This document shows, piece after piece, positions 59,179 through 60,676 of a DNA stretch of 60,676 nt (the first letter of the stretch is position 1; every line of letters starts with the position of its first letter). Source of the DNA: an uncultured virus (IMG/VR IMGVR_UViG_3300020056_000011) (lineage: Duplodnaviria; Heunggongvirae; Uroviricota; Caudoviricetes); IMG/VR virus record IMGVR_UViG_3300020056_000011; one strand, 5' to 3'. The notes below the pieces were generated by a model. That model had not been told where the DNA came from. It saw only the letters and a list, made by a program, of their open reading frames with translations, and searched no databases. Position numbers and translations under genes: made by a program.

Positions 59179-60676
59179 TTATGTTACTACAGTGTTATTC
59201 CAATATCTCAATCTTTCATGAGTATCAATTCCTGCTGGCCAGTTCGAAGTTGGTTCGCCGACAGGAGCAGCTGTTACACCACCGCCTTGACCAAATCCTC
59301 CATCATCTGTACCAGTCCAAGTGTCCGTATCCATAGGACTATTATCAGTTGTAGATGCGGTTCCTTTTAATACTCCATCTATCCAACATCTAATTGTACC
59401 ATTTATTGGATGATATTCCCACATCACATTATGTTTTGCACCATCTGTTGGAAAAGACGTTATGTCTAAAAATGCCGTATCAGTATCTGGAACGGTGGTT
59501 GTACCATCACCTCCTCTGATCCTAAAAACAGTTCCCGAATCTCTTAATCCAACCCACGCTCCAATTCCAGTTCCACCCTGTTCAAACAGGATTCCATCGG
59601 TAGGATTTACTGGAAATACTACATCGCAAGAAAAAACTACTGGATTGCTTCTGTGAATATCGGAATTTAATATCGTTCCAGCCGCAAATGTAGAGGTTGG
59701 GTCTCCAAGAGAAAGTTCTATATCATTGATATGTTCTGATGTATAATCTGGTTTTAAAAATGTGTAAAGAGAGGTAACTTCAGCGGCAGTAAGTGGCGTT
59801 CCCCACACCAACACATTACCTATTCTGCCCTTAAATTCTCTTGCAACATCATGATTCCAAGTGCCTATTCTTGCAGTTGTTTCAACCTGTGGTGGTTCGT
59901 AATTGCTAACGGCGAAGTTGGGCCAACTTGCGGTTTCAAATCCATTCTTATAGTATTTAAGTGTTGTGCTTGTATAATCCACAACTACTGTGATCATTTC
60001 CCATTTATTTACTAAAATTCTATTACTACTATAATTGAGATTGTTAGTTGATAAACCCATAACCCAATCACCATTAGTAACATTGTTTATTGCTAAATAC
60101 CATCCATCTTGACCTGATCCACCGCTACTCTTATCAATTATTCTTTGACTAGAGTCTCCAGTATAATCTGGTACTCTAATCCATGCTGAAATGGTATAGC
60201 CATTTGATAAGTTATATAACTGTAATGGGTCACTAACTCCAATAGTTCCAAGATCAATATAATCATCATCCCCATCAAATTCATAGTAAGACGGAGTTCC
60301 AGTATTATAAGTTGTACCGTTTTGTAAAGTACCAGTCAATCCATTTCCGCTGCGATCATATTCGTTTGATGATCTTTGTGCATCTAGTCCATATAGCAAA
60401 CTAGACTTTTGTGGAACCGAATAAAAATCTAGTTTCATTGCTGAACTTTTAGATGTTATGTGAAGTCCATCAGTTGCTTTGATTCTTAAAGTAAATTCTC
60501 CTTCATCAGATTCGTTAGTGCTTGGTGTAATAGTAAACGTCCCGTTTGATTCTGATATAGTGGCTTGAGATTGATTGCTTGGATTGGTGTCATATGTATA
60601 TGTAATGGGAAATCCTTCTGGATCAGTAGCAGAAACAGATATTATAGTGGCAGTACCATCTTCTTCTAAATCATAA
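59179..60676 (-). CDS. Tail fibre/virion protein with Ig-like and LamG domains; 5' end outside the window
   Basis: Frame is open upstream of 60438 to the window edge (YDLEEDGTATIISVSATDPEGFPITY...); FDGDDDYI, YTISAWI LamG motifs. Confidence 0.75.
   Translation of the reverse strand, partial: YDLEEDGTATIISVSATDPEGFPITYTYDTNPSNQSQATISESNGTFTITPSTNESDEGEFTLRIKATDGLHITSKSSAMKLDFYSVPQKSSLLYGLDAQRSSNEYDRSGNGLTGTLQNGTTYNTGTPSYYEFDGDDDYIDLGTIGVSDPLQLYNLSNGYTISAWIRVPDYTGDSSQRIIDKSSGGSGQDGWYLAINNVTNGDWVMGLSTNNLNYSSNRILVNKWEMITVVVDYTSTTLKYYKNGFETASWPNFAVSNYEPPQVETTARIGTWNHDVAREFKGRIGNVLVWGTPLTAAEVTSLYTFLKPDYTSEHINDIELSLGDPTSTFAAGTILNSDIHRSNPVVFSCDVVFPVNPTDGILFEQGGTGIGAWVGLRDSGTVFRIRGGDGTTTVPDTDTAFLDITSFPTDGAKHNVMWEYHPINGTIRCWIDGVLKGTASTTDNSPMDTDTWTGTDDGGFGQGGGVTAAPVGEPTSNWPAGIDTHERLRYWNNTVVT

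Noticed and set aside
25..59656. Numerous plus-strand ORFs in the six-frame track
   Set aside because: They are antisense shadows of well-supported minus-strand genes, with no RBS or recognisable motifs
1..60676. tRNA genes, introns/inteins in nrdJ, gp43, gp41 or gp17, and alternative genetic code
   Set aside because: No cloverleaf-like intergenic segments seen by eye; core genes have normal lengths and are uninterrupted under the standard code

Overview
AT-rich segment of a large T4-like myovirus genome. Gene order resembles the environmental/marine T4-like phages (cyanophage/pelagiphage type) rather than coliphage T4. Essentially all real genes are on the minus strand. Reading in the direction of transcription (right to left): two LamG tail-fibre-like proteins; neck, tail and head genes gp13-gp23; gp3, uvsY, uvsW, gp55, gp47, gp46; a four-gene accessory cassette; a VWA/MoxR (CobT/CobS-like) pair; gp45, gp44, gp62, regA, a MazG-like gene, hsp20, gp43, uvsX, gp41; a late-promoter-driven block of putative capsid-internal proteins; spanins; primase; a class II (B12-dependent) ribonucleotide reductase; a RuvC-like nuclease; a DenV-like glycosylase; and RNase H. 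Highlights: (1) a CmoA-like Cx-SAM synthase + C5 cytosine transferase with Asn->Arg in motif X + asparagine-synthetase-like amidase cassette, a likely carboxymethyl-cytosine DNA hypermodification system, with a co-transcribed GIY-YIG/ParB-like gene; (2) a late block of enzymes (ligase-like, P-loop kinase, HxGH nucleotidyltransferase) with T4-like capsid-targeting leaders or polyprotein-like Glu-delimited modules; (3) a ROSE-like RNA thermometer upstream of hsp20; (4) a back-to-back promoter pair, one firing antisense into uvsW/uvsY; (5) a greatly enlarged tail sheath. Two exact tandem duplications (122 bp in gp44, 99 bp in gp15) are probably assembly artefacts. All protein assignments come from recognising motifs and synteny; no database search was run.
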